In this document: in pieces, positions 19,060 to 20,000 of the stretch
Layout: each line of letters begins with the position of its first letter
How positions within the stretch are numbered: the stretch's first letter is position 1
Virus record (IMG/VR): IMGVR_UViG_3300044991_001638
Direction: 5' to 3' (one strand)
Length of the DNA stretch: 20,000 nt
Source of the DNA: an uncultured virus (IMG/VR IMGVR_UViG_3300044991_001638)
Lineage: Duplodnaviria; Heunggongvirae; Uroviricota; Caudoviricetes
Notes under the pieces: generated by a model
Database searches by the model: none
Seen by the model: only the letters and a program-made list of their open reading frames with translations
Told to the model about the DNA's origin: nothing
Made by a program: the position numbers and the translations under genes

Positions 19060-19101
19060 GACAATTTGTTTAACATGATACAATTTGTTTAACATGAGAC
19101 A
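19037..19101 (+). repeat. 19-bp tandem repeat ATGAKACAATTTGTTTAAC, 3 full copies plus a partial fourth, spanning a gene junction
   Basis: 19037-19055 ATGATACAATTTGTTTAAC; 19056-19074 ATGAGACAATTTGTTTAAC; 19075-19093 ATGATACAATTTGTTTAAC; 19094-19101 ATGAGACA. Confidence 0.97.
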
Positions 19102-20000
19102 GGTAAGAATAACCGAAATATCAGGAGGTACATACCCAATTAACATATACATATCCGATGTATACGGTAATAATCAAACTTTGCTTGGTACTATTAATTC
19201 TGGAACTGTTCCACCAATAATCAATTATAATGTCACAATTCCTTCAATATTTGATTCTGCTCCAGAAATAAGGTTATATTTAACGGATGATAATGGGTGT
19301 AGTATATTTAAAACGCTAGACTGTGTTTATGGTTGTGCCTTTGAAATTACAATCGAATTGGCGTCTTGTGTTGTTAATATTAATATTCAAGAGTTCATAA
19401 TACCAACACAAACACCAACACCAACTGTTACACCAACAAATACTCAAACACCTACTGTAACACCGACAAATACTCAAACACCAACTAATACTGTAACACC
19501 AACTAATACTTTAACACCAACTAATACTTTAACACCAACTAATACTGTAACACCAACTAATACTATAACTTCAACTAATACTATAACACCAACAAATACT
19601 GTAACACCTACAAATACTCTAACACCTACAAATACTTTAACCCCAACTTCTACCCCAACTAAAACAGAAGTATTAACTCCTACTCAAACGTCAACAAATA
19701 CTGTAACACCAACTAATACTATAACTTCAACTAATACTATAACACCAACAAATACTGTAACACCAACAAATACTGTTACACCAACAAATACTGTTACACC
19801 AACAAATACTGAAACAGTAACTTCTACACCAACTGAAACACAAGTGTTAACTCCTACTCAAACACCAACAAATACTGTAACACCAACTAATACTGAAACA
19901 CCTACAAATACTTCAACACCAACTAACACTGAAACACCTACAAATACTGAAACACCTACAAATACTGTAACACCAACTAACACTGAAACACCTACAAATA
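19094..20000 (+). CDS. Thr/Pro-rich repeat protein, 3'-truncated (absent from the supplied ORF track)
   Basis: Manual translation from ATG 19094 gives [41 protein letters not shown]...[62 protein letters not shown]..., with no stop before 20000 (at least 302 codons). An in-frame TGA at 19076-19078 bounds the start. Confidence 0.9.
   Translation, partial: MRQVRITEISGGTYPINIYISDVYGNNQTLLGTINSGTVPPIINYNVTIPSIFDSAPEIRLYLTDDNGCSIFKTLDCVYGCAFEITIELASCVVNINIQEFIIPTQTPTPTVTPTNTQTPTVTPTNTQTPTNTVTPTNTLTPTNTLTPTNTVTPTNTITSTNTITPTNTVTPTNTLTPTNTLTPTSTPTKTEVLTPTQTSTNTVTPTNTITSTNTITPTNTVTPTNTVTPTNTVTPTNTETVTSTPTETQVLTPTQTPTNTVTPTNTETPTNTSTPTNTETPTNTETPTNTVTPTNTETPTN
19403..20000 (+). repeat. Coding 18-bp minisatellite encoding TPTNT(V/L/I/E/Q) hexapeptides
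   Basis: Consensus ACACCAACWAATACTNNA repeated to the window end, with variation mostly at synonymous positions and the sixth codon. Includes an exact 68-bp duplication (19541-19608 = 19697-19764). Confidence 0.95.

Noticed and set aside
19037..19101. Mini CRISPR array
   Set aside because: The units are directly adjacent with no spacers, only 19 bp long, and no cas genes are present.
19403..20000. Ice-binding or ice-nucleation TxT beta-solenoid
   Set aside because: Thr alternation is present, but a Pro roughly every sixth residue and the absence of Gly/Cys turns argue for an extended linker rather than a beta-helix.
1..20000. Stop-codon reassignment as in some large Bacteroidota phages
   Set aside because: Genes are full-length and tightly packed under the standard code. 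Nine end in TAA and one in TGA; the lack of TAG stops is unremarkable at this AT content and no gene is broken by TAG or TGA.
16924..20000. Diversity-generating retroelement target/template
   Set aside because: No reverse transcriptase and no pair of ~100-bp repeats differing only at adenines were seen in the window.

Overview
AT-rich, gene-dense window with all credible genes on the + strand, most consistent with a large myovirus (contractile-tail phage). A Bacteroidota host is inferred from SprB-type repeats and weak or absent Shine-Dalgarno motifs. The window opens in the 3' part of a class Ia ribonucleotide reductase alpha gene (nrdA), followed by an intrinsic terminator and a long virion/baseplate module. 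The module encodes gp25-like and gp6/baseplate-J-like wedge proteins, a 1718-aa protein with an internal hydrophobic segment and Cys cluster, four uncharacterised proteins (one with a PKD-like motif), a 994-aa protein with a P2 gpI/T4 gp7-like motif, and a 711-aa protein with seven SprB-like repeats. It ends in an ORF missing from the supplied track (19094 to the window end) with a long TPTNTx tract. The most notable observations are: a 19-bp tandem repeat at a gene junction in which every unit is a complete 5-codon minigene; a recurrent [S/T]-[G/A]-x-T motif across unrelated structural proteins but absent from the NrdA fragment, a candidate modification sequon; host-adhesin-like repeats without export signals; and a TATTTAT motif in all three sizeable non-repetitive intergenic gaps. 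Family assignments come from motif recognition by eye, not database searches.
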